Source of the DNA: Nitrospirota bacterium
Lineage (GTDB): Bacteria > Nitrospirota > Thermodesulfovibrionia > Thermodesulfovibrionales > JdFR-86
DNA length: 64,000 nt
Assembly: GCA_963721805.1 (NCBI GenBank)
Contig: CAVRJY010000001.1
Span: 640,001-704,000, forward strand
Reading direction: 5' to 3'
Numbering within the stretch: position 1 is the stretch's first letter; the number at the start of each line of letters is the position of its first letter. This document shows, one piece after another, positions 44,182 through 59,185 of the stretch. The notes under the pieces were generated by a model, which saw nothing but the letters and a program-made list of their open reading frames with translations, had not been told where the DNA came from and did no database searches. The translations under genes and the position numbers were made by a program.

Positions 44182-44964
44182 ATGCCGCCCGTCATCGAGC
44201 TAAAAGAGGTCACATGGATCGAGTCCGGCCGCCGGATACTCGACGCCATCTCGTGGCGTATCAGTCCCGGTGAGCACTGGGCGCTGCTCGGGCTTAACGG
44301 CTCAGGGAAGACCTCGCTTTTAAAGCTCATCTGCGGATATATCCCGCCTTCTTCGGGCACGCTAAGCATACTGGGAGATGAGTTCGGACAGGCCGACTGG
44401 CGCGAGGTAAGGCGGCGAATCGGGTTTGTGAGCTCCGCGCTTCAGGAGCGGCTCTATGGCGGCGAGACCGCGCTTGAGATAGTGCTAAGCGGCATCTATG
44501 CGACGATCGGCCTCTACGACACGCCCGAGCCGCGCGATATAAGGCATGCGAGGGCGACGCTTCGATCTCTCGGAGCGGGAAAGACCGCGGATCGGCCATA
44601 CTCAACGCTCTCGCAGGGCGAGCGCCAGCGCGTGCTGGTCGCACGCGCGCTGGCCGGAAGGCCAGGCATACTCATACTCGATGAGCCCTGCGAGGGGCTG
44701 GACATCATCAGCCGCGAGGGGCTGCTCCGCGCTATAGAATCCATCGCGAACGCAAAGCACGCGCCCGTGATGATATACGTCACTCACCGCGCCGAGGAGA
44801 TCACTCCGGCCTTCACCCATGCGCTCCTTCTGCGGGCCGGGCGCGTCCACCTCGCGGCCCCGACCCGCGATGCGCTCACGTCGAGGGCCATGACCGCGTT
44901 TCTTGAGACCCCGGCCGAGGTACATTGGCGGGGCCGGAGGCCCTTTATCTCACTGAAGGGCTAA
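44182..44964 (+). CDS. Stand-alone ABC ATP-binding protein (ModF/YlmA-like)
   Basis: GEHWALLGLNGSGKT, LSQGE, LDEP, YVTH. Confidence 0.88.
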   Translation: MPPVIELKEVTWIESGRRILDAISWRISPGEHWALLGLNGSGKTSLLKLICGYIPPSSGTLSILGDEFGQADWREVRRRIGFVSSALQERLYGGETALEIVLSGIYATIGLYDTPEPRDIRHARATLRSLGAGKTADRPYSTLSQGERQRVLVARALAGRPGILILDEPCEGLDIISREGLLRAIESIANAKHAPVMIYVTHRAEEITPAFTHALLLRAGRVHLAAPTRDALTSRAMTAFLETPAEVHWRGRRPFISLKG

Positions 44965-45016
44965 CATGCTGGAAAAGCTCTGAATTTTCAATAGGTTGTG
45001 AATTAATCTACCCCGC

Positions 45017-45192
45017 TTGACATATATACCCTGGTTCATGGATAATGTATGCAGTTGTTCGGAAGAGAGCAGACTAAGTCTGACGGCTTGTGTCGCCTTA
45101 AATTCCGGTTGTTCTTTACAAGCGTGATCGCCCCATTCTCTTTTGGGCTTCATATTCGTTCCCGCGTTGGCGGGGCGGATGCTCTTTGAAAA
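45017..45192 (+). promoter_or_regulatory. rRNA promoter and boxA antiterminator
   Basis: TTGACA at 45017 with GATAAT downstream; TGCTCTTTGAAAA at ~45180. Confidence 0.7.
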
Positions 45193-45232
45193 CTACAGCA
45201 GTAGGCATCCAGTCATTAAGTTTTGCAGGAAA

Positions 45233-46817
<1,585 letters not shown>

Positions 46818-46954
46818 ATGACTTCGGGTCTTCATGTCCCGACACATCCGGCGAAAACCAAGAAACACCGACTGTGATGCCTACTGCGTAGTTTTAATAG
46901 ATGTCTTATAGGGACGTCTTTTTGTTCTTTGAAAACAGAGGGAAGAAGAATAAG

Positions 46955-50105
<3,151 letters not shown>

Positions 50106-50334
50106 ATTTTTCCACTCCCTCTGTTTTTATGGAACAAAAAGGCATCCATCTCTGACCGGTGCGGGGATGGGGGTTGAAAAAACTCCGTTTTCATGTATGA
50201 TGTAAGGTGTCCCCTGCTTCGGGCCGGATGCCTGAAGGGAAGGCGTGCCGAGGGGAGACGTGCGGCATGCCGGTTTTTGTTTGTGCGCCGGCCACTCCGG
50301 CAGCCCTGATCGCTAGGACGGAAACAACGCGGGC

Positions 50335-51774
50335 ATGAGAGAAAAAGACATCTTCGAAGAGATCATCGACATCGGCAAACGCCGTGGCGTGCTCACCTAT
50401 GACGAGATCAACGAGGCCCTTCCGGCCGAGTTCTTTTCCCCGGACGAGATGGAAGACCTCATGGAGCTCCTCCATGAGCTCGGCATCAAGGTCGTCGACG
50501 ACGACACCCTCGTCCCCGAGGAGGAGCCTGAGGAAGAGGAGGAGGTCACCGAGTACGAGAAGACCGAGGACCTCGTCCAGGCCTATTTCCACTCGATGGG
50601 CAACATCTCGATCCTGACCAAGGACGAGGAGACCCACCTCGCCAAGCAGCTCGAAGAGGGCCGCGAGATCATGAAGGGCATCCTCGGCAAGATGGCCATC
50701 TACGAGCACCCGGAGCCGACCGAGGTCATAGGGACCGAGGAGGGCGCCGAGGAGGCCGCAGCGGACGCCGACGAGGACAAGGACATCCTCGCGATCGCTT
50801 TCAGCTACCAGCGCCTCGAGGCGATCATGGCCCGCGTGGCCGAGCAGGACCGCAAGATCGAGCGCTTCGGCAATGTCAAGGCCCTCAGGAAGTCCGTCGC
50901 CGACAAAAAGAAGCTCGGCAAGAACGTCAAGAAGGCCGACGCCCTGCTGAAGGAAGTCCAGAAGGAATACAAGCGCGTCGAGCAGGAGACCGGCCTCAAG
51001 ATGGACCAGATCCGCGAGGACTGGGTCCGCCTGAGCAAGGTGCGCGAGATGATGGAGACCGCCAAAAACGAGCTCATCACCCGTAACCTGCGCCTCGTCG
51101 TCAACATCGCAAAAAACTACGTCGGCCGCGGCCTGCCACTATTGGACCTCATACAGGAAGGCAACATCGGCCTGATGAAGGCAGTGGACAAGTTCAAGTA
51201 CGAGAAGGGTTTCAAGTTCAGCACCTACGCGACGTGGTGGATCAGGCAGGCCATCACGCGCGCGCTTATCGACCAGACGAAGACCATCCGCGTGCCCGTG
51301 CACATGATGGAGTTCTATAACCGCGTTACCAAGGCCGCGCGCGAGCTCACGCACCAGCTCGGCAAGGAGCCGGACAACGAGGAGATCGCAAAGAAGCTCG
51401 CCGTGCCCTCAAAGAAGGTCGAGGAGGTCTTCCGCGCCATACAGGACCCGATCGCGCTTCAGACCCCGATAGGGGACGAGGACACCGAGCTTGAGGACTT
51501 CATCGGCGACAAGGTCAGCCCGTCTCCGTATTCGGACGCCGAGCGCATCGAGAGCTCCGAGCAGCTTCAGCGCGTGCTCCGCACCCTCTCGCCCAAGGAA
51601 GAGAAGGTCATCAAGATGCGCTTCGGCATCGGAGCCGACCGCGACCATACGCTCGAGGAGGTCGGCCGCTACCTCTCGATCACCCGCGAGCGCGTCCGTC
51701 AGATCGAAGCGAAGGCGCTTCGTAAATTGAAACACCCCTCGCGCCTCAAGGCCCTTCGCCTGCTGATGTCCTAG
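50335..51774 (+). CDS. rpoD: RpoD-type sigma factor with region 1.1
   Basis: [62 protein letters not shown]. Confidence 0.93.
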   Translation: MREKDIFEEIIDIGKRRGVLTYDEINEALPAEFFSPDEMEDLMELLHELGIKVVDDDTLVPEEEPEEEEEVTEYEKTEDLVQAYFHSMGNISILTKDEETHLAKQLEEGREIMKGILGKMAIYEHPEPTEVIGTEEGAEEAAADADEDKDILAIAFSYQRLEAIMARVAEQDRKIERFGNVKALRKSVADKKKLGKNVKKADALLKEVQKEYKRVEQETGLKMDQIREDWVRLSKVREMMETAKNELITRNLRLVVNIAKNYVGRGLPLLDLIQEGNIGLMKAVDKFKYEKGFKFSTYATWWIRQAITRALIDQTKTIRVPVHMMEFYNRVTKAARELTHQLGKEPDNEEIAKKLAVPSKKVEEVFRAIQDPIALQTPIGDEDTELEDFIGDKVSPSPYSDAERIESSEQLQRVLRTLSPKEEKVIKMRFGIGADRDHTLEEVGRYLSITRERVRQIEAKALRKLKHPSRLKALRLLMS

Positions 51775-51849
51775 GTGCCATAGGCACCTCTCATTAAAGG
51801 CAGCCACGGGGTGCCATGGGCACCCCTTACATAACATGGCATATATCTC

Positions 51850-51880
51850 AAGCCGCTCCGAACCACGGGGCGGCTTTTTT
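51850..51880 (+). terminator. Rho-independent terminator after rpoD
   Basis: AAGCCGCTCCG/CGGGGCGGCTT hairpin plus T-tract. Confidence 0.8.
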
Positions 51881-51936
51881 GTTTGTCCATAACCGTTCGC
51901 CTTGCTAATCATCCCGGATAACCTTATCATTGGTTT

Positions 51937-53094
51937 ATGGCTCCCATCAATAAAGTCATGCCTGGCAGGCTCTTCCTTTCCTTCCTGAGGCTCGGGCTCA
52001 CGGCATTCGGGGGGCCCGCGATGGTCGCGTACATCAAGGAGATGTCCGTGGGCCGCCACGCCTGGCTCGACGAGGAGACGTTCAAAGACGGCGTGGTGCT
52101 GGCTCAGTCCGTGCCGGGTGCGACCGCGATGCAGACGGCCGCGTATGTCGGGCTCAGGGCCGGAGGGATACCCGGTGCGCTCGCGGCTTACATCGGATTC
52201 GGGCTGCCCGCGTTCGTACTGATCGTGGCGCTCTCGGTGCTCTATGCCGCGTATCACGAGGTCCCCTCCGTGGTATCGGTCTTCAGCGGGCTACAGGTCG
52301 TGGTCGTCGCGATCGTCGCGAACGCGACGCTGACATTCGGCAGGAGCACGTTTAAATCATACCGCGACGCGCTATTCGCTGCTGCTGCCTCAGGGCTATT
52401 TCTGGCCGGAGTGAGCCCGTTTGTGGTGATCGCCGGGGCGGCCCTCGCAAGCGCGTTGCTTTACAGGACAGAGGGGATTGCCGCGAGTGACGAGGGCAGG
52501 GCCGGCGGTATTGGCTTCAGGCGGATGATCGCGGTCCTTGCGGGTCTGCTGTTGGCGCTGCTTGCGTTATACGCAATTAATGAACGGCTCTTCGAGCTCG
52601 CGTCCGTGATGATCAAGGTGGACCTCTTCGCATTCGGCGGCGGGTTCGCCTCTCTGCCGCTGATGCTGCACGAGGTCGTAGGCGTGAGGGGCTGGATGGA
52701 CCAGCGGACGTTCATGGACGGCATCGCGCTCGGGCAGGTGACGCCGGGGCCGATAGTCATCACCTCGGCCTTCGTCGGGTATATGGTCCATGGCGCCGCG
52801 GGCGCGCTCGTTGCGACCGTCTCGGTCTTTACCCCATCGTTTTTGATGGTGATAACGATGACCCCGGTGATGGACCGGCTTAAGGCCTCCGCGGTATTTC
52901 AGAGGGCGACGAGGGGAATACTCGCCTCGTTCGTCGGGCTGCTATTTTTTGTGACCGTTAAGTTCAGTCAGACCGTGCACTGGGATATCTTGCGGGTCTT
53001 GATCGCCGCCGCTGCCTTCGCCGCGTTAGTGAGGAAGGTGGACATCCTTGTCATCGTGGCCGTGGCCGTGGCGGTCTCGCTATTGCTGCTGTAG
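51937..53094 (+). CDS. chrA: Chromate efflux transporter (long-chain CHR)
   Basis: Two repeats: AFGGP / QSVPG and AFGGG / GQVTPGP. Confidence 0.92.
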   Translation: MAPINKVMPGRLFLSFLRLGLTAFGGPAMVAYIKEMSVGRHAWLDEETFKDGVVLAQSVPGATAMQTAAYVGLRAGGIPGALAAYIGFGLPAFVLIVALSVLYAAYHEVPSVVSVFSGLQVVVVAIVANATLTFGRSTFKSYRDALFAAAASGLFLAGVSPFVVIAGAALASALLYRTEGIAASDEGRAGGIGFRRMIAVLAGLLLALLALYAINERLFELASVMIKVDLFAFGGGFASLPLMLHEVVGVRGWMDQRTFMDGIALGQVTPGPIVITSAFVGYMVHGAAGALVATVSVFTPSFLMVITMTPVMDRLKASAVFQRATRGILASFVGLLFFVTVKFSQTVHWDILRVLIAAAAFAALVRKVDILVIVAVAVAVSLLLL

Positions 53095-53099
53095 GGGCG

Positions 53100-53501
53100 T
53101 TACTGCGCCCCGACCATCTTTTCGTATAGCGCGCGGCCGACCAGAAAATCCGCCCAGGCGATGCCTATGTCAGGCAGCATCGAGTTGAGGATCGGCCCGC
53201 CGGGCGGGATGCCCTTTGCGATGAAATAAGCGATGCTGAAGTGTGTCATCAATATGGTGCCGAGGATGACGAGCATGCCGTTTAGGAGATACCCGTAGAT
53301 CGCGGTCTTTCTGGACGTAAAAAGCAGCGTCACGACGAAGACGTCCGTGAGGCCCGCCACAGATGCGATGAGTTTCGTGCCGTCGAAAGTTACCGAGCCC
53401 GTTGCCTTGTCGGCCACCAGGAAAGGGTGTATGCGGTAGTGGAGCATGAAGCCGCCCACGCCGAGCAGAATGAGCGCGCTAAACAGGCTGCGGTAGGACA
53501 T
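53100..53501 (-). CDS. Small membrane hypothetical protein
   Basis: 133 aa, several hydrophobic segments. Confidence 0.7.
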   Translation of the reverse strand: MSYRSLFSALILLGVGGFMLHYRIHPFLVADKATGSVTFDGTKLIASVAGLTDVFVVTLLFTSRKTAIYGYLLNGMLVILGTILMTHFSIAYFIAKGIPPGGPILNSMLPDIGIAWADFLVGRALYEKMVGAQ

Positions 53502-53567
53502 AGCCGATTATATCAAAGAGTACCTCGGGGCGCCAGCCGGCGATGGCGGGCCGCGAAGGGGCCGCGT

Positions 53568-54662
53568 TTAAAGCAGCCCGAGCCTGATCGCCTTCACCGC
53601 GGCCTCGGTGCGGTTTTGGGTGTTGAGTTTGGCAAACAGGCTCTGGATGTAGGTCTGGACGGTCCTTTCGGCGATGCCGAGCTCGAATGCAATCTCCTTG
53701 TCCTGCAGGCCCTGGGCCAGGCGCCTGATGACCTCGAGCTCGCGCCTGGTGAGGTGCGCCCTCGCATCGCCATCCTTTTTCCTTGAGTCGATCAGGGACA
53801 CCCAGCCGCTGCCCTTCACCGGCAGGTACTGGCCGCCGTGCGTCTCGTCGAACCTGTAGCATATCGCCATCCCGTATGGCGGCGCGTAGGCCTCGATCTC
53901 CTGAAATATAAGGCAGGGTTTGGTGTCGTCATGCCGCGGGACGGTCTTAAGCCGACGGATCTGCTCCATGAGCGGCATCGGGAGCGAGGCCGGCACGCTG
54001 CCGTCGATTCCTTTTATCACCCTCCTGGCGGTCTCGTTGATGAACGTGATCTTACCCTCGTCGTCGGAGGTGATGATCCCGAACGGGAATGCGTCGAAGC
54101 AAGACACCGTGAAGAAGTCCGTGCCGAGCAGCCAGCGATAACGGAGGAAGCTATAAAAGACATAGGGTGAGATCCTGCTAATCGCCAGCATTTCCTGATC
54201 GGATGACCTCGGCGCATCGGCTCTTATCCCGCCGACTATCCCTGTCTGGACCCCTGACTCGCTGCAGAATACGGTTTCGAAGCCGCACAGGAAACCAAAC
54301 GGCTTGTATAACTCATCGTAGTCCACGGGGTAGTTTTTCTCGACGTCGTTGAAGATCTTTGTCGCATACCCGAACTTTTGGGCGGCCGCGACGTGGTCTT
54401 TGTATAAGGGCATGTTCGCGTGGTCTTTATTGACGTATCCGGTCAGAAACTCAGGGGGGAAGCCGCAGAAAATGCCCCTGAAGTCGTATCCCGTGCCCGA
54501 GACCCCCGTGACGCAGATCGGGGTGAATGCGATATCCTGCTTGATCCGCTCGAAGATGGATTCGATGTAGGTCTCGCGGTCCAGAAGGTATATGGAGCGC
54601 TCCTTGATGTCGCGCACCAGCTGCGCGAGCAGGTCTGTCCGGCTGGAGGCCCTGGGTCCCAT
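53568..54662 (-). CDS. LuxR-type regulator paralogue 2 (sensor + PAS-like + HTH)
   Basis: LTRRELEV..LAQGLQDKEIA..LGIAERTV. Confidence 0.9.
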   Translation of the reverse strand: MGPRASSRTDLLAQLVRDIKERSIYLLDRETYIESIFERIKQDIAFTPICVTGVSGTGYDFRGIFCGFPPEFLTGYVNKDHANMPLYKDHVAAAQKFGYATKIFNDVEKNYPVDYDELYKPFGFLCGFETVFCSESGVQTGIVGGIRADAPRSSDQEMLAISRISPYVFYSFLRYRWLLGTDFFTVSCFDAFPFGIITSDDEGKITFINETARRVIKGIDGSVPASLPMPLMEQIRRLKTVPRHDDTKPCLIFQEIEAYAPPYGMAICYRFDETHGGQYLPVKGSGWVSLIDSRKKDGDARAHLTRRELEVIRRLAQGLQDKEIAFELGIAERTVQTYIQSLFAKLNTQNRTEAAVKAIRLGLL

Positions 54663-54676
54663 CGCGCTCTCTTTCT

Positions 54677-55774
54677 TTAAAGCAGCCCGAGCTTGATCGC
54701 CTTCACGGCGGCCTCGGTGCGGTTGTGTGTCTCGAGCTTTGCAAACAGGCTCTGGATGTAGGTCTGGACGGTCTTCTCGGCGATGCCGAGCTCGAAGGCG
54801 ATCTCCTTATCCTGAAGCCCCCGGCCGATGAGGCGGATTACCTCGAGCTCGCGCTGAGAGATCAGGGCCTTCTGGGCCATGTCCTTTTTCCTTGAGTCGA
54901 TGAAAAACACCCAGCCGCTGCCCTTGACCGGCAAGTATCTTCCTCCGAAGTCCTCATCGAACCTGTAGCAGACCGTCACCCCGTACGGCGGGACGTACGC
55001 CTCGATCTCCTGGAATATCAGGCATGGCTCACTATAATGTTTAGGGACCTCATCCAATAGCCGCATCTGCTCCATAAAGCGTGCTGGAAGAACGCTGTGG
55101 GCCTGCCTGCCCGTGCTCCCTATAAGCTGCCTGGCGGCCTCGTTTAGGTATGTGATGTTCCCCGCACGATCCGAGGTGACGATCCCTAACGGGAACTCGT
55201 CATAGCAGACCACTGTGAAGAAGTCCGCCTCTACTAGCCAGCGGTAGCGCTGAAAGGCATAAAATATAAATGGCGCAATCTGGCGCACGGCTGACATTTC
55301 ATCTTCCGCAAAGACAACCTCAGCGCTCTTTAATGCGCCCCAGACACCGATAACATTGCCGGACTGATCGCAGAATACCGTCTCCATGCCGCACTGAAAC
55401 CCGAATGGTTTAAAACGCTCATCATAGTCCTCGGGATAGTTATGGGCCATGTCATCAGAAAACTTTGTCGCGTACCCGAGTTTTTTTGCGGCAGCAATAT
55501 GGTCACGGTAGAAATCCAGTTTTGCATGGTTTTTGTTCAGGTAGATTGCGAGGTACTTCGGGGGATAACCGCACATTATGCCCTTGAGGTCATACCCGGT
55601 GCCGGAGACCCCGGTGACGGTGATCGGGACAAACGCTATGTCCTTCTTGATGCGGTCGAAGATGGATTCGATATATGTCTCACGGTCAAGGAGATAAACG
55701 GCGCGCTCCTTGATATCGGCTACAAGCTTGTTAAGCCCGCTGAGTTTGGCCATATATGGAGTCGAGGAACTCAT
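54677..55774 (-). CDS. LuxR-type regulator paralogue 1
   Basis: Collinear with 53568-54662 over its full length. Confidence 0.9.
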   Translation of the reverse strand: MSSSTPYMAKLSGLNKLVADIKERAVYLLDRETYIESIFDRIKKDIAFVPITVTGVSGTGYDLKGIMCGYPPKYLAIYLNKNHAKLDFYRDHIAAAKKLGYATKFSDDMAHNYPEDYDERFKPFGFQCGMETVFCDQSGNVIGVWGALKSAEVVFAEDEMSAVRQIAPFIFYAFQRYRWLVEADFFTVVCYDEFPLGIVTSDRAGNITYLNEAARQLIGSTGRQAHSVLPARFMEQMRLLDEVPKHYSEPCLIFQEIEAYVPPYGVTVCYRFDEDFGGRYLPVKGSGWVFFIDSRKKDMAQKALISQRELEVIRLIGRGLQDKEIAFELGIAEKTVQTYIQSLFAKLETHNRTEAAVKAIKLGLL

Positions 55775-56573
55775 TCAGTATGAGGTTGAAGCGGCCCGGC
55801 TGCTCCATGTGGGGCGTATGCGTCGCGCCCTCGATCACCTGCACGCGCCCGCGCCAGAGGGTCGGTATCCGCAGCGATTCAATATAGGCAAGATTTACCA
55901 GCTTGTCACCGGAGCCATGAACAAATGCTATCGGCACGCGGAGTTCTTCGACCGCCCGGCGCTCGTCGCGGTACCAGCCCTTCGGCAGGCTCATGAAAAA
56001 CGCCCGTCTCGCCCGCCCGTCGGACCGCTGCATGTCGTCTTTAAGCAGCATGGAAGCCTCTTCGTGGCCGGGTCCGATGAAGATATCGAGCATAGGGTCG
56101 AAATCCCCCGGAGCGAAGTCTTTCTTCCAAACGAGTTCAAGGGCCTTGGTCGTCAGAAACGCCGGCCCGAAATCCTGCAGACCTGACAGTGGCGGCGCGG
56201 CGACAATAAAGTAGCCGCGGCTGGGCAACAGGTCAGTCGCCTCAAGCAGTAAATGTCCTCCGAGGCTCCAGCCGACGAACACCGCGTCCTTGATCCCCAT
56301 GGCCTCGCAAAACGATGCAAGCAGCGTTGTGTACCCTTTGGCGGTGTTGGTCTCGTCCGGGTCGCGAGCCGGCTCACTCCTGCCGTACCCAGGCAGGTCA
56401 AGCGCGATCATGCGGTATTGTCCGCCAAGCGGGCTGTCGAGCTGATATCGGAAGCATTCGCCCGAGACCGGGTTGCCATGCACGAATACGACCGCCGGCC
56501 CCCTGCCGGAGCTTTCTTGATAGGCGATTCGCTGACCGCCCTGGCACGTGACAACGCCTCCCCCATACCCCAT
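55731..56573 (-). CDS. Alpha/beta hydrolase resembling AidH-type AHL lactonase
   Basis: HGN..S, DLPG.G.S, DAVFVGWSLGGH, SDGRARR, LW.G...I..A.H.P..E.P..F. Confidence 0.8.
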   Translation of the reverse strand: MGYGGGVVTCQGGQRIAYQESSGRGPAVVFVHGNPVSGECFRYQLDSPLGGQYRMIALDLPGYGRSEPARDPDETNTAKGYTTLLASFCEAMGIKDAVFVGWSLGGHLLLEATDLLPSRGYFIVAAPPLSGLQDFGPAFLTTKALELVWKKDFAPGDFDPMLDIFIGPGHEEASMLLKDDMQRSDGRARRAFFMSLPKGWYRDERRAVEELRVPIAFVHGSGDKLVNLAYIESLRIPTLWRGRVQVIEGATHTPHMEQPGRFNLILNEFLDSIYGQTQRA

Positions 56574-57048
56574 GAATTTATCTTACCTGGCTTACGAGAA
56601 TTAATCAATGATTACAGTATGATATAGTCGGATCCGAAACTCAGCGGCGTGAATTCGCTGCGAGCCCTCAAGCCCATTGCAATTAAACGATTAATTGCGG
56701 GGTTCACGCGCGCATCACCCTTTATAGTATCAAATTCAAGATATCTAATATCCCGTAATGAGAAAATAGTAGGTGAAATTATCTACTCCAAATGCATCGT
56801 TTTAGGGGAATAAATATCAATATTTAAACCGGACAAGTTCTATCCTGAATAGTTTTCCCTGACGCCGCCACCCCAATAATTAGGATTACGCTCAGTAGAA
56901 TTACCGAATTGATTAACCGCACGGATGGGAGTAAAATTATTCGGTTATGTGTAAAAAAATGTTACAAGGGCGTGTAATTGCGTAACCGGCTGAGTTGGAC
57001 AGTATGCAAATGTCATGGCGGCAACAGAGGGGCGGGGAGTTCATCGCG

Positions 57049-57432
57049 ATGAAAAAGGTCCTGATAGTCGAGGACAACAGGCTCCTGTCGATGCTGATAG
57101 AGGAGACGGTCTCCGCGATGGGCTACCACGTCATCGCGAAGATGGACACCCCGCTTGAGGCGCTGCTGCAGATCAAGCGCCTGGAGCCGCACGCGGTGCT
57201 CCTGAACATCTCGCGCACCGGCGGGCATGACGACATCGAGGTGGCTGAGCGGATCCAGGAGGCCTACGGCGTGCCGGTGATATTCATGACCACTCATATG
57301 GATGGCGCTATCAGGCACAGGGCGCTGGAGGTCGCAAGCGGCAGGCTGCTGGACAAGCCGTTGGACGAGCTTGAGCTTCAGCGGCACCTTGAGGGCATAT
57401 GCGGGGTGCCTGACATAAGGCGGACGCCATAG
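57049..57432 (+). CDS. Single-domain response regulator with Asn at the phosphoacceptor position
   Basis: VLIVEDN, VLLNI, PVIFMT, KP. Confidence 0.85.
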   Translation: MKKVLIVEDNRLLSMLIEETVSAMGYHVIAKMDTPLEALLQIKRLEPHAVLLNISRTGGHDDIEVAERIQEAYGVPVIFMTTHMDGAIRHRALEVASGRLLDKPLDELELQRHLEGICGVPDIRRTP

Positions 57433-57469
57433 CGGCCGGGTGCGCATCCGGTCCGGATCACGGAGGACG

Positions 57470-58900
57470 GTGAAGAAGCTAATCAGCATTGACGAACTCA
57501 GGGTCGGGATGTACGTCTGCGGGCTCGGACGCGCATGGATCGAGACGCCGTTTTTCAGCCACAGTTTTCTCGTGTCAGGCCGCGAGACCATAGAGAAGCT
57601 CCGCAGCGCGAAGATCGGGCAGCTGTATATCGACACCGAGCGCGGCATCGACGACCCGCCCGCCCCCGGGCCTTCGGCCGCAGCCCAGCCGGATGACGGG
57701 GAGTTCATGGCCGTAAGCCTCTCGTCGCTCAAGCCCGGCACGGTGCTGCCGTTTGACGTGTTCCGCAACTCAGGCTCGGGCAGGGAGCTCACCATCGAGA
57801 AGGGCTCGGAGTACTCGGCCCCGCTGAGCAAGGCCGTCAAGTTCGGCGGCTCGCTAACGGCCTTCATCAGGAAGGATGACGAGGAGGCCTACCTGCTTTA
57901 CAGCGACTCGCTGCGCCACGGGCCGGGCGGGATTATTTTCTATACCCAGAAGGAGTTCAGCCGCTATAACCGGGACAAGGAGATCCATTATCCTATCTCG
58001 CGCGAGCTGCTCTCGGCCGGGACCAGGGTGGATTTCTCGATACTCGTAAAACGGGGGTTTTTCTACGCCCCGCTCCTGATGGTCGAGCGCGGCTCAGAGG
58101 CTGCGGTCACCGAGCGGGACCTCCAGGCCCACGGTGAGTTCGTCATCGTCCAGGAGGACATCCAGAGGTATCAGGACTATATAGCGCGCCGCCTCCGCCA
58201 AAGCGGCAACGACCAAAAGATGGCCGCGGCCGTCACCCGCGAGACCGCGAAGGTGCGCGTGCGCGAGATCCTCGGCTCGTACCGAGACGGCAGGCTGGTG
58301 AAAAAGTGCGTCGAGGACACGGTGCAGGAAATGCTGGCGCTCATCACGAGCAGCCAGGGCGCCTTCGCCGGACTGCTGAGCCTCAACGCGCAGGACACCT
58401 ATACGTACGTGCATTCGGTCAACGTCGCGGCCCTCTCGATCAGCCTCGGAAACGCGATCGGACTCGGGCAGGGCGAGCTCTTCGAGCTGGGCATGGGCTG
58501 CATCCTGCACGACATCGGCAAGGTCATGGTGCCGGTAGAGATACTGAACAAGCCAAGCCGCCTGACCATACAAGAGTATAAGGAGATAAAAAAGCACGTG
58601 CTGTACGGGCGTGACATCCTAAACGGATACGGCGACATCCCGGAGGGCGCTTACATCCCGGTCTTGCAGCACCACGAAAAGCTCTCAGGCAAGGGCTACC
58701 CGTTCAGGCTCAGCGGCGCGGACCTCCACGACATGGGGAGGATCGCCTCGATGGTCGATACCTATGACGCCATCACGACCAGCAGGCCGTACAGAAAGGC
58801 GCTCTCTGCGTACTACGCCCTCAAGGTCATCTCCAGCGAGAACGAAAACTACGCCCCCGCACTCTATTCCGAATTCGTAAAACTCCTCGGCCGCGCCTAG
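57470..58900 (+). CDS. HD-GYP phosphodiesterase with DUF3391-like N-terminus
   Basis: ELRVGMYV, HSVNV, HDIGK, HHEK..G.GYP, D.YDA....RPY. Confidence 0.92.
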   Translation: MKKLISIDELRVGMYVCGLGRAWIETPFFSHSFLVSGRETIEKLRSAKIGQLYIDTERGIDDPPAPGPSAAAQPDDGEFMAVSLSSLKPGTVLPFDVFRNSGSGRELTIEKGSEYSAPLSKAVKFGGSLTAFIRKDDEEAYLLYSDSLRHGPGGIIFYTQKEFSRYNRDKEIHYPISRELLSAGTRVDFSILVKRGFFYAPLLMVERGSEAAVTERDLQAHGEFVIVQEDIQRYQDYIARRLRQSGNDQKMAAAVTRETAKVRVREILGSYRDGRLVKKCVEDTVQEMLALITSSQGAFAGLLSLNAQDTYTYVHSVNVAALSISLGNAIGLGQGELFELGMGCILHDIGKVMVPVEILNKPSRLTIQEYKEIKKHVLYGRDILNGYGDIPEGAYIPVLQHHEKLSGKGYPFRLSGADLHDMGRIASMVDTYDAITTSRPYRKALSAYYALKVISSENENYAPALYSEFVKLLGRA

Positions 58901-59148
58901 GGGGCCGACTGGCCCCTCTCCCTATTCGCGTCGCTCACTTATTCGCGCAAAGCGCTCATCTCATATCATATCAATGACTTTGACCTCGGGGGGACCGGGG
59001 GGCTTCCGTTGGCCTCCGCGCCCCCGGAGGCGCGCCAAATCGTTTTCAGACTAGGCAGGGCAAGAAGACCGCCCGATGGTGTACTTGGGCGTACATAGAG
59101 GGCGAGTCTTTGAAGCCCAACGACGTATCAAGCGATTTGGAGCGCTTT
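58901..59148 (-). repeat. Hairpin element copy 12 (core ~59027-59148) plus tail and GGGGCCAGTCGGCCCC end
   Basis: Reverse complement matches copy 2/6; abuts CTAG stop. Confidence 0.92.
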
Positions 59149-59185
59149 GAAAAGGACGTGGTTGCTGTCGAGGAATTCCCTTGTT

